Below, one piece after another: positions 1 through 16,818 of a DNA stretch of 64,000 bases; the first letter of the stretch is position 1; every line of letters begins with the position of its first letter. Below the pieces are notes generated by a model that saw only the letters and a list, made by a program, of their open reading frames with translations, was not told where the DNA came from and made no database searches. Made by a program: the position numbers and the translations under genes. The DNA comes from Dimorphilus gyrociliatus. Taxonomy: Eukaryota; Animalia; Annelida. Where the stretch lies: contig CAJFCJ010000006.1 in the NCBI GenBank assembly GCA_904063045.1, positions 1,439,647-1,503,646 of the forward strand, written 5' to 3'.

Positions 1-31
1 GGTAGAATAAGACAGAGGTGCACGATAGAGT

Positions 32-1024
32 TTAGGCGTCGATTGGTGGATCATCGTCAATTAGAGCCTCATCAGAAGAATATCTAGCTCCAAATTGTCG
101 ATATTTGTAACAGACAACTGCAAAAATAATAAATACTAAAGAACCAAGGCCAAGTGCAATACATATTCCAGTTATTAATTGTTTATGACTGCTTTTTTTA
201 GCTTCTGGAAATCGACCATCGATTATTTCTGTTTTACACACTCTATTCACATAGTCGTATTCGGAATTTTCGCAGTAACATTTATTATCTTGTTTGCAGG
301 TGGCATTTTTTGTTTTACAGATTGATTGGGGACTCAAGTCTCCATTGATACATTTGTCATGAGGAATTAACCAATATGGTGAAACAGTTGCTGTATCAGG
401 TATTCCACCATGATCAATTATAAATTTGGAATCCTTTGAAAAAGTTGGAATTGGAACATTTTTGTTACACTTAAATAGTGGCAAGATGCTTTTGGGCATT
501 ATAATTTCATTGAAAAGATTTCCACTGAAGAACAATCCATTTAGTTTCAAGTCAATTTCCATCGATACTATCGCGAATGTCCGCTTTAATTCAACACTAG
601 CTCTTAGATAAGTTTGAGCAGTGGTAAACATTCTCCACTTTGTAGCAGTATCTTTAATAGGCTTATAAACCGAAGAATTCGTAACAACATTGATGTATCC
701 TCCTTTCAAATATATCTTTGAACTGGAAGATGGAGACAGCTTGAGATCAAATATAAATGAGTTTCCCGAACAAGGTAACTGAACAATCGAATAATTGTAA
801 TGAGTTTTCATCAACGAAAGGTATTCCCAACCAAAATCTCCTTCGCAATCCATACCACTACAATATTTATCGACTTGACATGACATGGTGTATGAATTTT
901 TCTTCTCTTCCGAATCTTTCACGACTTTATCCCAACTCTTACAAGCTTTATCATACTTGGCTTGCTCAACTTGACATATGACAAAGAAAATTGAGAAGAA
1001 AGCTAGGACCAGCTTTGACGACAT
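32..1024 (-). CDS. Single-exon type-I membrane protein of unknown family, 330 aa
   Basis: ATG at 1024. Signal peptide MSSKLVLAFFSIFFVICQVEQA, Cys-rich ectodomain with a juxtamembrane Cys module, TM LITGICIALGLGSLVFIIFAVVCY, and a short tail with YRQF and DEALI sorting-type motifs. Confidence 0.85.
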   Translation of the reverse strand: MSSKLVLAFFSIFFVICQVEQAKYDKACKSWDKVVKDSEEKKNSYTMSCQVDKYCSGMDCEGDFGWEYLSLMKTHYNYSIVQLPCSGNSFIFDLKLSPSSSSKIYLKGGYINVVTNSSVYKPIKDTATKWRMFTTAQTYLRASVELKRTFAIVSMEIDLKLNGLFFSGNLFNEIIMPKSILPLFKCNKNVPIPTFSKDSKFIIDHGGIPDTATVSPYWLIPHDKCINGDLSPQSICKTKNATCKQDNKCYCENSEYDYVNRVCKTEIIDGRFPEAKKSSHKQLITGICIALGLGSLVFIIFAVVCYKYRQFGARYSSDEALIDDDPPIDA

Positions 1025-1697
1025 TTCTTTTTATTACCTTCAATGAAAACTGGTAATATATTTACAGAGGGCACTAGTAATAAAGAATTAAATAATTCGT
1101 CAGTGAGTTGTTATTCTATGGTTCAAAATAGTGGAATTCTTGCCTATTTATAAAACCATAAAATATAAAATATAACATAAAAAATCTTGAATTTTCTTTT
1201 TTTCTTGCTTTTAGCAAATTTTTATTTTATTATTTAAATAAAAATAAAAAAAAACGTTATTTCTCTGCGGCATAGACTTATTTGCAAATAAATAAACTAT
1301 CAACAAAGACATAAAGTATTGATTTAACTTGAACATATTTAAACGATACATGTGTTATAAGAGATTTCTCAAGAAAAAAAAAACACTCTTGTCCCCTGCA
1401 TAAACTACACAAATTTTGTTGGCAGGTAGCATCTCTCGCTTCCAGCTAAATTATGTGCCTAAGATGCTTTCGGAGAATGGAACGAAGGAAGAATTAAAAC
1501 TTTAACTTATTAAATGTTCAAAAAAGAAAGAAAAAACCACTTCAGGTACTTTCCATTTATATGAAAAGGAAAAAAAACAGCAACGGGAACAATTAAATTA
1601 GGCGGTTTGGCAGAGAGGAAAGAGGCAAGTGATATTACATAGATGAAATATCGCCTATTAGAGAACCACCGTTTATTATCTTATTTCTGTATGTTTC

Positions 1698-5097
<3,400 letters not shown>

Positions 5098-6096
5098 AAT
5101 TTATCTATAAAATAAAGAAGAAACAGGATAAAAAAAAATAATAATAAAATTTTCATATTAATACCAAAAGAAAATCGTATAAAATTACGTAATAAATTCA
5201 ATTAGACTACGTAGGTTATACTTCAACCGATATGAAATAACCTAAACATTGTAAACGACCTGATCGAATCTGTTACCATATACAGAGAGCCCGACATTGC
5301 GCATTGACCCTTGAAATTTTTCACTGAACGCTATAGCATCAAAGCCTATCGATTAACTATGCTAAAGACAAAATGTATATATGAAGGGCAAAATGATAAG
5401 AGTAAGAAACGAACACTGGAAACGTAAGAATAATTATTACAATACATCAGTACAGTATATTAGTATTATTAAGCAAAGGCTTTGAAATGAATAAAATGGA
5501 TTAAAACAAATAGATTTAATACCTAATAGCATTTCATGGAAATTGTTAGTTATTTTATAAATATATAATTATGAAAGAACAATAATAAAATAAAAGAAAA
5601 AAATCTATTTTTTCCCGCCACATCATAGAAATTCTTTAATTATTAGTTTTTCTATTTTTAGCTTCTTTACTATTTTCTTTAAAATCTTACAATTTATTCA
5701 ATAATCTATATAAATCCGACTGCTATTTTAAAACGTTTACAATTTTATTTTTATACTAAAAAAAGAATTTAAATATGATACTGTAAAACTAGTTTGTCGT
5801 TAGTAAGTTAATTTTCTAAAGTAAGGCGTTCTATGCTTACGAAATTAATGAGAATATTGATAATCAATTCGAAATGAAATATCTTCTTAATAATCGTATC
5901 ACAGGGAAAAAGCCACCTATGATAACTTTGAACATAATTTTGTTAGTGCCGTTTTTTTCAGTACGTAAACTGGTTGCTGTTCCTTCGACATCAATTACTT
6001 CCAATTCAGTATATACCGTTAATTTTAGTCTTAAAAAATAATACGACAATTTATATATAAAGAATTAGCTATGAATAGAGTTAAATTTACAACGTT

Positions 6097-6103
<7 letters not shown>

Positions 6104-6143
<40 letters not shown>
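6104..6143. repeat. (CT)n microsatellite
   Basis: About 20 CT units. Confidence 0.95.
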
Positions 6144-6147
<4 letters not shown>

Positions 6148-7264
6148 ATATATGCTGTATATAACATTTTGTACTATACTGTATTAAACCCTGAATCTAT
6201 ATTAAGCTTTATCAAGCACTAAACTTGCCAATTTAATAATAAGACAACGTATCTATTTAACATTATTAAGTCAAATTTAGGTAAGAGATACTTAGATGTT
6301 CATTTATACACTTATAAATACTCTTTAATAGCTTCTTTTTTTTTAAAGCAAAAGAGAGAGTAGCTGAGTTCTGCATTTTTTGTTCTAGTAACTAATCACC
6401 TAGAACAAAAGGTCATTTGCTAAGAAAGAAAAAAAACACTCAACTGAGTAGTTAAAGAATAAAAAATTCTCTATAACCTTGATAAGTTGTTTGTTTTCAA
6501 GGTTGAACCATTCTTTTTAGAGTTAAACAAATAAAACGTTTTCTTAAAATGATGATATTAATCTATTATAATTGTTATTAACCTTGATGATAATATAATT
6601 ATCTTATACTTTCTCTCTTTCTCTCTCTCTCTTCGTCCTCTGCCAATTTTTTTTTCTTTAAAATTTCTATAAAAGGTGAAGAAAGGCAGAGGAGAAAAGA
6701 GAAAAAGTATAAGGCACTTACAAAACAAGAAACCGTTATAAAATGGCTAATAAGGGTGATAATAAAAAGAAAAAATTTTCTTTTCTCTTATCCTTATCTA
6801 TTTCATTTTGTCCTTATTAACTATCAACCATCTCTGAAGTATTTGCTAAAATATATTAAAAGAATATCATAATACTTACAGATATAATAGAGATAGAGAC
6901 AGAGAGGAAAAGAGAAGGCGAACGGACGATAGAATGAGAGACAGTGAGTGAGAGAAGTAGATAGAAGAGAGAGGGAGACAAAAAATACTCTCTAACTGAC
7001 TGCGTGAGAGGGAGTAGACGTAGAAGCAGGGAGAGTTGGAGATGAAGACGAGCTGTTAAAGTTCGAATAACACTTTCAGATGTAATAAATAAATAGAACA
7101 ATAACCATTAAGGTATTCTATTTATGTTGAAAAATTTCTAACTACCAAGTGCTTCGAGTAAGAGTAGTTGACACCAAATGAGAGGGGGAAGCTAATACAT
7201 TTTTTCAACCTATATATACTGTATATATATATATATATATATATAGATATATGATATATATATA

Positions 7265-7295
<31 letters not shown>

Positions 7296-8425
7296 TCTAA
7301 GTAATACTCTATTTGGAGGTATTGGCCTACAAATGTACTCTTAATTTTGTGTCTTTATTTAAATCTCCTGTGCTTGTGCCTTCTACTCTATCTCTCTCTC
7401 TCTCTCTCTAGTTCTCTTCCGTTATCGTTTTACCCCAAAGCTCACTTTTAAATTGATACCTTTCAATATAAAATTCTTTTGAATTGGATATTTCATTTAC
7501 TTTGATTTCAAATCATGATAATATCGAGTATTATATTAAATGTATTAACCTCATTTAAAAAGACTTACCGATCTCTTAGAATATTTTCGATATTTTGATG
7601 ATTGTATTTTCGATTTTTATAGTTTACCTTCGATTTAACCGCCTATCGGATTAATGATAAACAAAGAATATAATCCCTTTATTTAGTCAGTTTTTTCTTT
7701 GAAAGACGAAGTTTATAAACTCAAAAACCATTTGATTATAACCAATGACTCCTTCGATACCGTTAATATTTGTGACAGCTACTCTTTCCATATTTCCCTA
7801 TTTCGTTACCCAATGTATTCATACGCATATAACATATAAATTAGATGGCGCTGTTTATTTATTGTATCAATATATACAATATAAGATTTTCTATTGCAAG
7901 TAGTTTGTAGTTCCATTTAAAATACGTTTAAGCGTTAAACGCCTTTTTATCATTATTCATCTTAAATGTGTTATAGTTTATATGTTACCCATCTTTTTTC
8001 ACAAATTGACAAAAATCTCTCCCAAAGCTTTATAGTCTTTTCTTCTTCAAAAGAACTTTATACCTTTATAAAACTATTAAAATTAAAATTATAACTACAA
8101 AATCACGATTATATAAGTAACCTGGATGATTAGAGCACGTTGTGAAATATTGAAAAATAGATCTCCAAAATCAACTATTGCACAACAGATTGAAAGACGG
8201 AAATTAAAATTGTATAAAAGCATTTACATCTAATATATCAGCAGAGTTTCGAGGTAGTCAACAACTCATTCGAGACCAATTTATCTAATTTTTGATTTAC
8301 GATTTGTTAAACTGTATTCAAGGTATATAAAAGCTACTACTGTCTTTCGAAATACTTTTTGAGACAGAATTTTGTGCGATTCTTTAATTTCGTTTATTGT
8401 AACACTAATACATTTTTCAAAGATT

Positions 8426-9988
8426 ATGGCGTCACAATCAAGCGAAGAAATCACAGAATTAAAATCGTCATCTTTAGTTGATAAAGTGAAAGTTATCGAG
8501 AATGTTGGAGAGTATAAATACATAGTTACAGTTACATTAAAGAATTTTGAGATAACTATTAAATGTCAATTGCAAGGTATGAATCAAATTGTCATCTTTA
8601 AAGTCACTGATTTTTAACGAATTTGCTTATTTACTTGTAAATTTTCAGAAAATTATCCTACAGAAAAGCCAACAGTTTTTGTAAAATCTGATGCATACGC
8701 TAAAGACTTTGTAACAGAGCTGAGCACATATTTAACAAAAGCTTCAACAGACGAAGCTCATTCATTGTGCGATTTATGTAAATTAGCAAATGAATTTACA
8801 ACGGAAAGAAATCCTGAACCTCTAGAACGAACAACAACAAAATTCCCAAAGTACAAATCGAAAACTCACAAGAAGAAGAAAGCTCAACAAGATCCTAAAG
8901 AAAATATTGTTGTAAAGAAAATCAAGCTAAGATCCGCTGAAGATGTTATAAAGAGGATTCTGTGGGATGACATTCCCGTTGAGAATTGTTATGTAGGCTA
9001 TATAGATAGATTTGTTGGATTAGTAGAGAAAAGCTTTAGCGCTTTTTCCTGGGAGGATATCGCATCTGTCGATTACTATACACTAGCAATTCCAAAGCAT
9101 AGAATTGTCTATTTCAAGTACAAAAAGTTAATTATTTGGGATAAAAGAAAGCGATTAGATAATGTGTTTGGTTCTACTGGAAGTAATATAACTCTTCGCG
9201 ACGTTCTAAATAATTATGAAGAAATGTCTAAAAATGAATCTGATGACAAAGAAAGTGCAGAAGATTTAGTTGTTGATTTTGGAGATTATGATAAAGAGTT
9301 TGAATCCACCTCATCTAGTGAAGAGGACGAACAAGAAGAAGGGAATTGTGAAAATCCTAATGCTTTCAGAAACAAAGAGGAATATTTTGGTGATAAAATC
9401 AAACCCAATTACTTTTTATGTCTCAGAATTGATAACAAAGATATAATTGAAAAAACGATGAAAGTGAGAGATGAGTTATTGAAACTTAATCCCCAATATG
9501 ATGAATGTATTATTTCTCCTGAGAGGTTACATATAACCTTATGTTGTCTAGGCCTAGACTCTGATAACGATTTAGAACAAGCAATTATGGTACTAAAAAA
9601 TTTGAAAGCGGGAATTGAGAAATTAAACCCATTAGAAGCAAATTTTCAAATAAAAGGAACAAATCACTTCTGGAATACTGTTTTATATGCTGATGTCCAA
9701 AAGACTGAACCATTTATGGAAATATGCAACTACGTCAGAAATGAAATAGCAAAATCAGGACTTGAGATAAGAGATATGTTTGACATGACGCCTCATATGA
9801 CATTAATGAAAATTAGTAGGCAAATTGGTCATAAAATAGGCACTAAATACCTCGATGCAAGAGTTCATAATATTGCAAAAGATGAAGTATTCGGTACACA
9901 GAATTTCTCTAATGTTTGTCTGTGTTTGATGGGTCAGCAAAGACAACAAGATGGATTTTACATAACTCCATATAAAATGGAATTATAA
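8426..9988 (+). CDS. LENG9: RWD + MJ1316 + AKAP7-like 2H phosphoesterase protein (LENG9-like); 2 exons 8426-8576 and 8649-9988, about 496 aa
   Basis: RWD YPxxxP motif (NYPTEKP) is formed across the splice. MJ1316-type LRSAEDVIKRILWD..GYIDRF..LAIPKHRIVYFKY..WDK. Two 2H motifs, LHITL and PHMTL. Confidence 0.8.
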
Positions 9989-10414
9989 ACGAACTAAATT
10001 AGTTTTTAATAGGATACTCGTGTATATTTATTTCGCTTGTTTTTTTTTTACTTAATAAACGAAAAATAAAGTAACTATGGAGAAAATATAAAGGTTAGTG
10101 TCACTTAATGGACTCATAAGAAAAAGATCCATTTAATAATTAGTGGTCTTTCAATATCTACATTTCAGTTATAGACTCATTTTTGAAGTTGTTATTATTG
10201 ATACAAGCATTAATATTACCTATAAATACACTATTTAAACAACGACATTGTTCGTTAACTAAACAGTCTACCTACTATTTCATTTATATCGATTAATCTT
10301 ATTAAGATATAAAATACTATATAAACTAGTACGTCGGAATACTATTTAAAACGGTATATCAGTCAAACAACGTTGCTACATGTGATAGAATACCTTCATT
10401 CTTGAAGAGTCTTA

Positions 10415-11341
10415 ATGATACAATTAAAAGATATTATACCATTTTTATTGATAATGTTGTATTGTTTCCTTATTGGTACACCTACTAATATACTAATACT
10501 TAAATTTTATCCATTCAAGAGCAAAACCTCTACACTTGTCAATTATTTTATTAAAATATTGGCTATAATTGATGCAATAATTTGTGGCTTTTTGACAATT
10601 TTAACTATTTTATTAAGAACTGATGTTATCCTATATACGTTCTGTTGCAAATTTATTCAAAGTCTTGGCACATTTTTACTAGGTTATTCAACGTTGACAA
10701 CAATGTGCATTGCTATTGAAAGATGGTTTGCAACTCACAAACCCCATTTGTTCAATAAGAAGATTGCTATCATTATGAATATTGTCAGTATTTCTCTTTG
10801 TTTATTCTTCTCCGTTCCAACGTTTATCTATTATCGTGTGATAATTATCAATAATAATAATCATACTGTAGAAAGAGCTTGCTTGCCGCAGCTAACAACT
10901 ATTTGGACGATATGTGAAGTAAGTTGGATATTACTTCTTTTATTAATAATTATCTCTATGATTTTACTATACATATCAATCTTTTCGGCTGTATTAAAAA
11001 GGATAAAAAATGATAAGAGAAGAAATATTAATGACAATGAAGCCTCTAAAAGAAAAGAAACCAGGGCTCAGCTAAAATCAGCAGCAATGCTTTTTGGTGT
11101 TACGTTTGTCTTTATTTGCATATTTATACCTTGGCTAACTAGTTTAGCAGTTGTAAAAACTACTAACAACAATATTAACGTTGAATATGCAAACTTAATT
11201 AATCATACAACAAATTTTTTCATATATTTAATATTTCAAGAAAACTTTAGAAAAAGGATTAAGAACATGTTCAATTGCGGCACAAATCATAGAATTGACT
11301 CTATTTTCCAACTAACTGGTACAACAACCCAATCCAATTAA
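10415..11341 (+). CDS. Intronless orphan class-A GPCR, 308 aa
   Basis: Seven hydrophobic segments, TM1 GTPTN, TM2 LAIID, DRY-like IAIERW, TM6 FICIFIP, TM7 NFFIY. Almost no N-terminus. Confidence 0.85.
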   Translation: MIQLKDIIPFLLIMLYCFLIGTPTNILILKFYPFKSKTSTLVNYFIKILAIIDAIICGFLTILTILLRTDVILYTFCCKFIQSLGTFLLGYSTLTTMCIAIERWFATHKPHLFNKKIAIIMNIVSISLCLFFSVPTFIYYRVIIINNNNHTVERACLPQLTTIWTICEVSWILLLLLIIISMILLYISIFSAVLKRIKNDKRRNINDNEASKRKETRAQLKSAAMLFGVTFVFICIFIPWLTSLAVVKTTNNNINVEYANLINHTTNFFIYLIFQENFRKRIKNMFNCGTNHRIDSIFQLTGTTTQSN

Positions 11342-11756
11342 TACTTTAAAGCAACTATTCAATGTCATCATCTCTTTATTGAGACAAGCTAAGATACAAT
11401 TTGAATTCAAATAATTTCACAAAGATTTAGAAAAACGTACTGCAGGCAACACTAACTTATTGCGTGTATATTAAAGTACAAAGTTAAATATGTTAATCTA
11501 CGTTAATCCGTAACGGGGAAGCACAACGAATAGTAGTTTTTTTCTCAAGCAACAAAAAAATAACAAAAAAAGAAAATTAGATAAGCATCTGACAACCTCC
11601 ACCCTTTTTTCAAATGTGTTCAAAGTCCAGAATTTCTGCAGTAAAAATCTACTGATACTCTATGAAAAGTTTTTAAATAAAAGCATCAAAATTGAGAGAT
11701 ATTAATGTTAAAGAGATAAGTATAAGACTGTAATCTCTGGAAAGTATAAATTACAA

Positions 11757-14030
11757 TCACTTTTTAAGGGTTTTCTGAATTTCGTCGATAATTAATCTAT
11801 CATGATCTGGACACGTAATGCTGTCTTTTACCAACTTTAAACAATGTTCAATCTTCTTTATACTATCTAAAATATCTTCTAAATCCGTATTTTTCACAAC
11901 TAAATCACAAAGCGAGAGAAATTCGGTTCTTAGCTAAAAATGAAACAATGTAAGAAATGTTAATTAAATAATATATTATAAACCTGATCTCCATCTTCTA
12001 AATTCGTTATTTGTCTTTCAATAATATCAAAAAGTACTATAATATCGTTCGTATAGAAAATTATAGCTGTTTTAGTATTCGAAAAAATATCTGATGTTAA
12101 TTTAATAACAGAATTTCTTTGATTTTGCTGATAGCTAAACATCGTTGCAGGATCATCTGAGAAAAGAATATTCTATACTTGTTAATAAAATTTTGGTATA
12201 TATAATAAATAATAACCTCCCCTGTTGAACAGAACCATTAACTTTTCTGTAAATACTTTAGCGTATCCCTTATTTTCGATAATTTCCATTATTAAATTCT
12301 CTTGTGGCAATTCAAAATGTAGATTAAAGCAAATTAAAAAGTGTAATAATAAATTGCACATTTCTTCGTCTTCATCCGCTTCAATTTCTTGAAATAGGTT
12401 CTCAAGAAATTCGTGATCTATCGTATCTATAGTTAAAAGGAAAAGGAATTACTTTTAGGGAGGAGAGAGAGAGAGAGAAAGAGAAAATAAACAAATAAAG
12501 GATTGATATATTGAATTAAAGTTATTAATTAGATAAGTAAATAACCGTATAGACGAACAGCTGGTTTCTCTCCAGTAGAAAAAAGCATAGTTAAAACTGT
12601 AAATAGGCGACGTCTTAGTTGTTGATCATTTAAATTCTTAGTTTCAGTGCATAATTCGGTAGGAAGAACGGAATGTAATAATTTTTCGACAAAATTATTA
12701 TCAAAAGAACATAAAGTCTCAAATATTTCCAACAAAACACTTCTAATAGTCTTTCGAGATTCCATTTGATAGTATAGTACTAAATTACTTAGTGGTTTAC
12801 AATGATCCACAAAAAGTTCCTTTTTTATACTATTTGTATGAGCATTTTGCTAAGTGATAGTTAAAACAAACATAAAATAAGACATTAATGTAATTAAATG
12901 AATTAGAAAAAGAATTCTTACCAATATACTCAGTATATTCTCGAGAATATTCAATATAGTTGATTCATCTTCTTGACATGCCCAACTCCTTTGTTGGGTA
13001 TCCTCTTTATGAAGTTCTATTTCTTTCAAATAGTCTCTTAATTTTTCGCAATCAATACTTTCTTTACCTTCAATCTTTAAATTTTCATTTTATTAGACTC
13101 TTATCAAATTTAATTACTATACGCACATCCTCATTATTTAGAGACTCTAGAACATTATTTAACGAATCGCGTATTGATGGATAGGCCTTCTGAATTTCTC
13201 CCAAAACTGTTTTCACTGCAATTTTACTTAAATTATGACTAATTGATGTTGCTTGTCGAACTTTTCCAACTAAATCATAACCTAATTAAATATATCTTAT
13301 AATATTTATAAAGATTTAAAGATTTTAAATCAACAAGAACAAAACCTAATTCATCAGGAGTTTGGTTTTCTAAAGAACGCCTCGAAGAATCTATTCGACT
13401 TGCTAAATTCTCGCCAATGGTCGTTTCTTTGGATTTTGATACTAAAAAATATATTATTAGTTTAGACGATATCTTCTCTTTGTTTAGAGAAACAGGAAAT
13501 GACAAACTTTGAGGAGGTTGAGGTGCTGGACCCTTTGGGCACCTATTCTTTGCCTTTAAATATTTTTCTAATTTCCTTAAAAATAAATAAAATACTGATG
13601 TAAATAACATATTTTTTTCTTATTTCATATATTTATATTGTATATGACATACTTTAAAAACAAATTTTCATTTTTCCCTTTTCGCTGGGATTTTAACTTT
13701 GATATTGCATTTTCAACATACTCGTCAACATAAGAAGCACGAGGATCAGACTGAAAGGTTTTGATCATTTAACATTTACAAAAACTTGTTGCTATCACTT
13801 TAACATCTAAATTATTTATTAGTCTTGTGACAAGTGCATTTAATTTTACTTACATCATCGGCTGAAAGTAAATGATTATTTGGAACAAGTCCAGCTCCTT
13901 CTGAGCTGCAAGCCAAACTCCAATGTTCACTTAACTTTTCTATGACTACCAGATAGCAGTCCTTCGCAAAAGAAAGACCGTTTGGCGTACCTTCTGCGCT
14001 AAAATCTGATATGCTGACGAAACGACTCAT
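11757..14030 (-). CDS. NCKIPSD: NCK-interacting protein with SH3 domain (SPIN90/WISH), multi-exon
   Basis: N-terminal SH3 (DF..LSF..EHWSLA..GLVPNNHL). SPIN90/Ldb17 region LVLYYQMESR..LLHSVLPTEL and FYTNDIIVLFDIIERQITNL..LRTEFLSL. Last exon ends KTLKK-TGA at 11757. Confidence 0.92.
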
Positions 14031-14669
14031 TGAAAAAAAAGGCCTAAGTGTCATGAAATATTTCGGTGAACATTTCTACCAGTTATGTGTAAAAAGCGCC
14101 ATCTTGGATGTGGTGGGGTGTACAAGTTTCATGTTACACTCTTGAAAGTTTTGTAACATTACGTCCTCTTAAATGACAAATCATTTCATTGTTATTTTCG
14201 AGTAATGATCAAAGTAAATCTAAAATTTTATATTTTGCTTTAATTTCAAATTGAAAACTTTTAAATATTCTTCAACTTTGATATATTTCTTTAATTAGGC
14301 AAAAAATAATATAAAATTCTTTGTTTATCTGCTAATACATCATCCATAAGACTCAGCATTCTAAAAAAAAATAATCTGCCTTTGTTATAAAGTAACATTT
14401 TTTAATTATATTTTTGTATTACTATGCCTATTAAGAACAAAACGGAAGAAATAATTCGATAAAGACAAAAATCGGTTCTTGTTCGTCGTGAGAAAAGTAA
14501 AATATCTAAGTTAGAGAAGGTAAACCCGAGAATTTAATTTTTATTTCTTAAATAACGTGGTTTTATTTCCTATTTTTATTTTCTAATGATAAATTGTTTA
14601 AAAAATTAAAAATTCTAATATTTGAATTATATTTATCCGTTGATAAAGGTTCCTAAACGAAAAAAAAAC

Positions 14670-16566
14670 ATGTTTCGGAAGCCCTATATCAAAACTGGTA
14701 ATTATTTTATTATAAACATTTCAATGTTATAATTATGTAAATTTATATTTTTAAATTAGATTCGGATAGTGAAGACGATCATCCAGTGAAAAGTCAACGA
14801 TTAAGCAAGATTTCAGAGGGGAAAAAATTCAAAACGCTTACCGATAACTCAACATCAACTAGCTTGAAAAAATTTACAAATTATGAATCTTCTATTGATA
14901 GCGATTCTGAAATCCTTGCTAAGCCTCGTAATAAATTCATGACTCTGTCAAGAGCCGCTAAGTCTAAACTTTCCTTCACAATTTCGAAATCTGATAGTAT
15001 GAAAAGTATATCTAAAGTTCGCAACGAAGCAATTAAAGCATTTATGGCCGCAAGCAACGAAATATGTAGTGAAAAAGACTCATCAAAAACCTGTTTGAAA
15101 CCCATTTCAAGGAGCGAGTTGTCGAAATCCGAAATGTCGAAAATAAAGCCAATAATTGGTAAAATACCTCATAAACAAAAACCTACAGCTGAACATAAAT
15201 CATTTGAGAGTATTGTTAACACTACTGCAACGTCCTCCCTTTCCCAATCAATGGAAGACCAATCTGAAATAGAATTTGAAGAACCAAAGAAACCTAGCGT
15301 GTCTCGTTCCAAAGAAAAATACTTGAGTAAAGATAGGGAAAAAAATTTGAGAAGATCGCTTGAAGCATATTCCCATGGAGAAAATGAAGTATCATCGTAT
15401 CCATTTGAAAAACCTACTTCTCGCAAACAAAATCGAATGTGTTTACCGAGTTATCTAAATCCGTTTCAAAGATTTGCGCAAAGGAGCAATATGGGAAATG
15501 TAACGTATAACCCAATGTCTGAATTTATGACAAAGTATGAAAGTCTATCAGAGTCTTATTTTGATACTCATTGTCATCCGGATTATATTCTAAAGCAACA
15601 AGAATATACGGTATATTATATAAATTTAAACCATAAGTTTATCAAATATTACTTAAATTAGGGAAGCTTCGAATCATATATGAACGATAATGCTATGTCA
15701 ACGCCTAAGACTTATAAAGGCTGTTTGGCAATTTTTTGCGATCCTAAAGAATTTAAATGCAATCGTAAGTCTGTTATATTTCTAATTTATGGATAATACT
15801 ATCCATATTCATTTATTTTTCAATCGCAGCACATGCTTTGTGGAATCAGACGTTGAAAGTGTCCAACGTTTACGGATCGGTTGGTTGTCATCCTAAGAAA
15901 GCCAAATATTATAGACCCTACCATGATAATATTCTGGAAGAAATGCTTGATCATCCGAAATGCAAAGCAATTGGAGAAATTGGACTCGACTATTCTGGAT
16001 CTTTTGCGATGGACGAGGAAATTCAGAAGCGAATTCTTCACAAACATTTAAAAATGGCTATTAAAAAGAAAAAACCCATTGTAATACACTCTCGCGATGC
16101 AGATGACGATATCGTTCAAGAACTATTAAAGGTAAATTAAGATTAACTCATTCAAGTTTTGCTTCTAAAGTTTATGTTGTTTTTTTCACAGCATGATTTA
16201 CGTCTGCATAAAATTCATAGACATTGTTTTACGGGCAATGTACAAACAATGAAAAATTGGCTTCAAATCTTTCCAAAGTCTTTTGTTGGTTTCACTCCTC
16301 TTGTGACATATGACAATAGCCAAAGATGTCTGAACATACGAGAATGCGTAAAAGAGATACCATTGAATAAGTTATTGATTGAAACTGATTCCCCATATTT
16401 CTTACCTTCTGAAATTCCAAAAAATTACTTTGACAATAATACTTCTTATCCACCAATGGCAGTGACTGTGGCTGCGGAAATAGCTTCCATTCGGGGGATA
16501 ACGACCGATGAAGTATTATTTCATTGCAGAAGAAACGTAAGAGAAATGTACGGTATTATATATTAA
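14670..16566 (+). CDS. TATDN2: TatD-family nuclease with long S/K-rich N-terminal extension (TATDN2-like); 5' start tentative
   Basis: YFDTHCH, VGCHP, AIGEIGLDY, PIVIHSRDA, KIHRHCFTG, GFT, ETDSPYFLP. A short first exon MFRKPYIKT splices in frame to 14760. Confidence 0.9.
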
Positions 16567-16818
16567 AAATCTGTTAACAAAATAATCTGTATTTGTTCTA
16601 TGTATTGCACTTAATATGCACATATTTACATAGATATTAAGTTTAGTAGATTCATTTATTAAACACTGTACACAATACGCGAAGTCGTATGATTGATAAA
16701 TATACATCTGTAGAGATTAAAACGGACGCCGCATAAACTCATCAAAGATAAGGCCGCAAGCGTCAACAAAGCCGTCACTTCAACGCGCTTTAAAACAATA
16801 CAGTCTTCCTTATCCTAA

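Noticed and set aside
426-981. Plus-strand ORFs 426-611 and 757-981 (likewise 2545, 8281, 14881, 15169, 15820, 16885, 32128, 32945, 33771, 44126, 47121, 49425, 51602)
   Set aside because: Antisense or alternative-frame shadows of well-supported genes, with no motifs.
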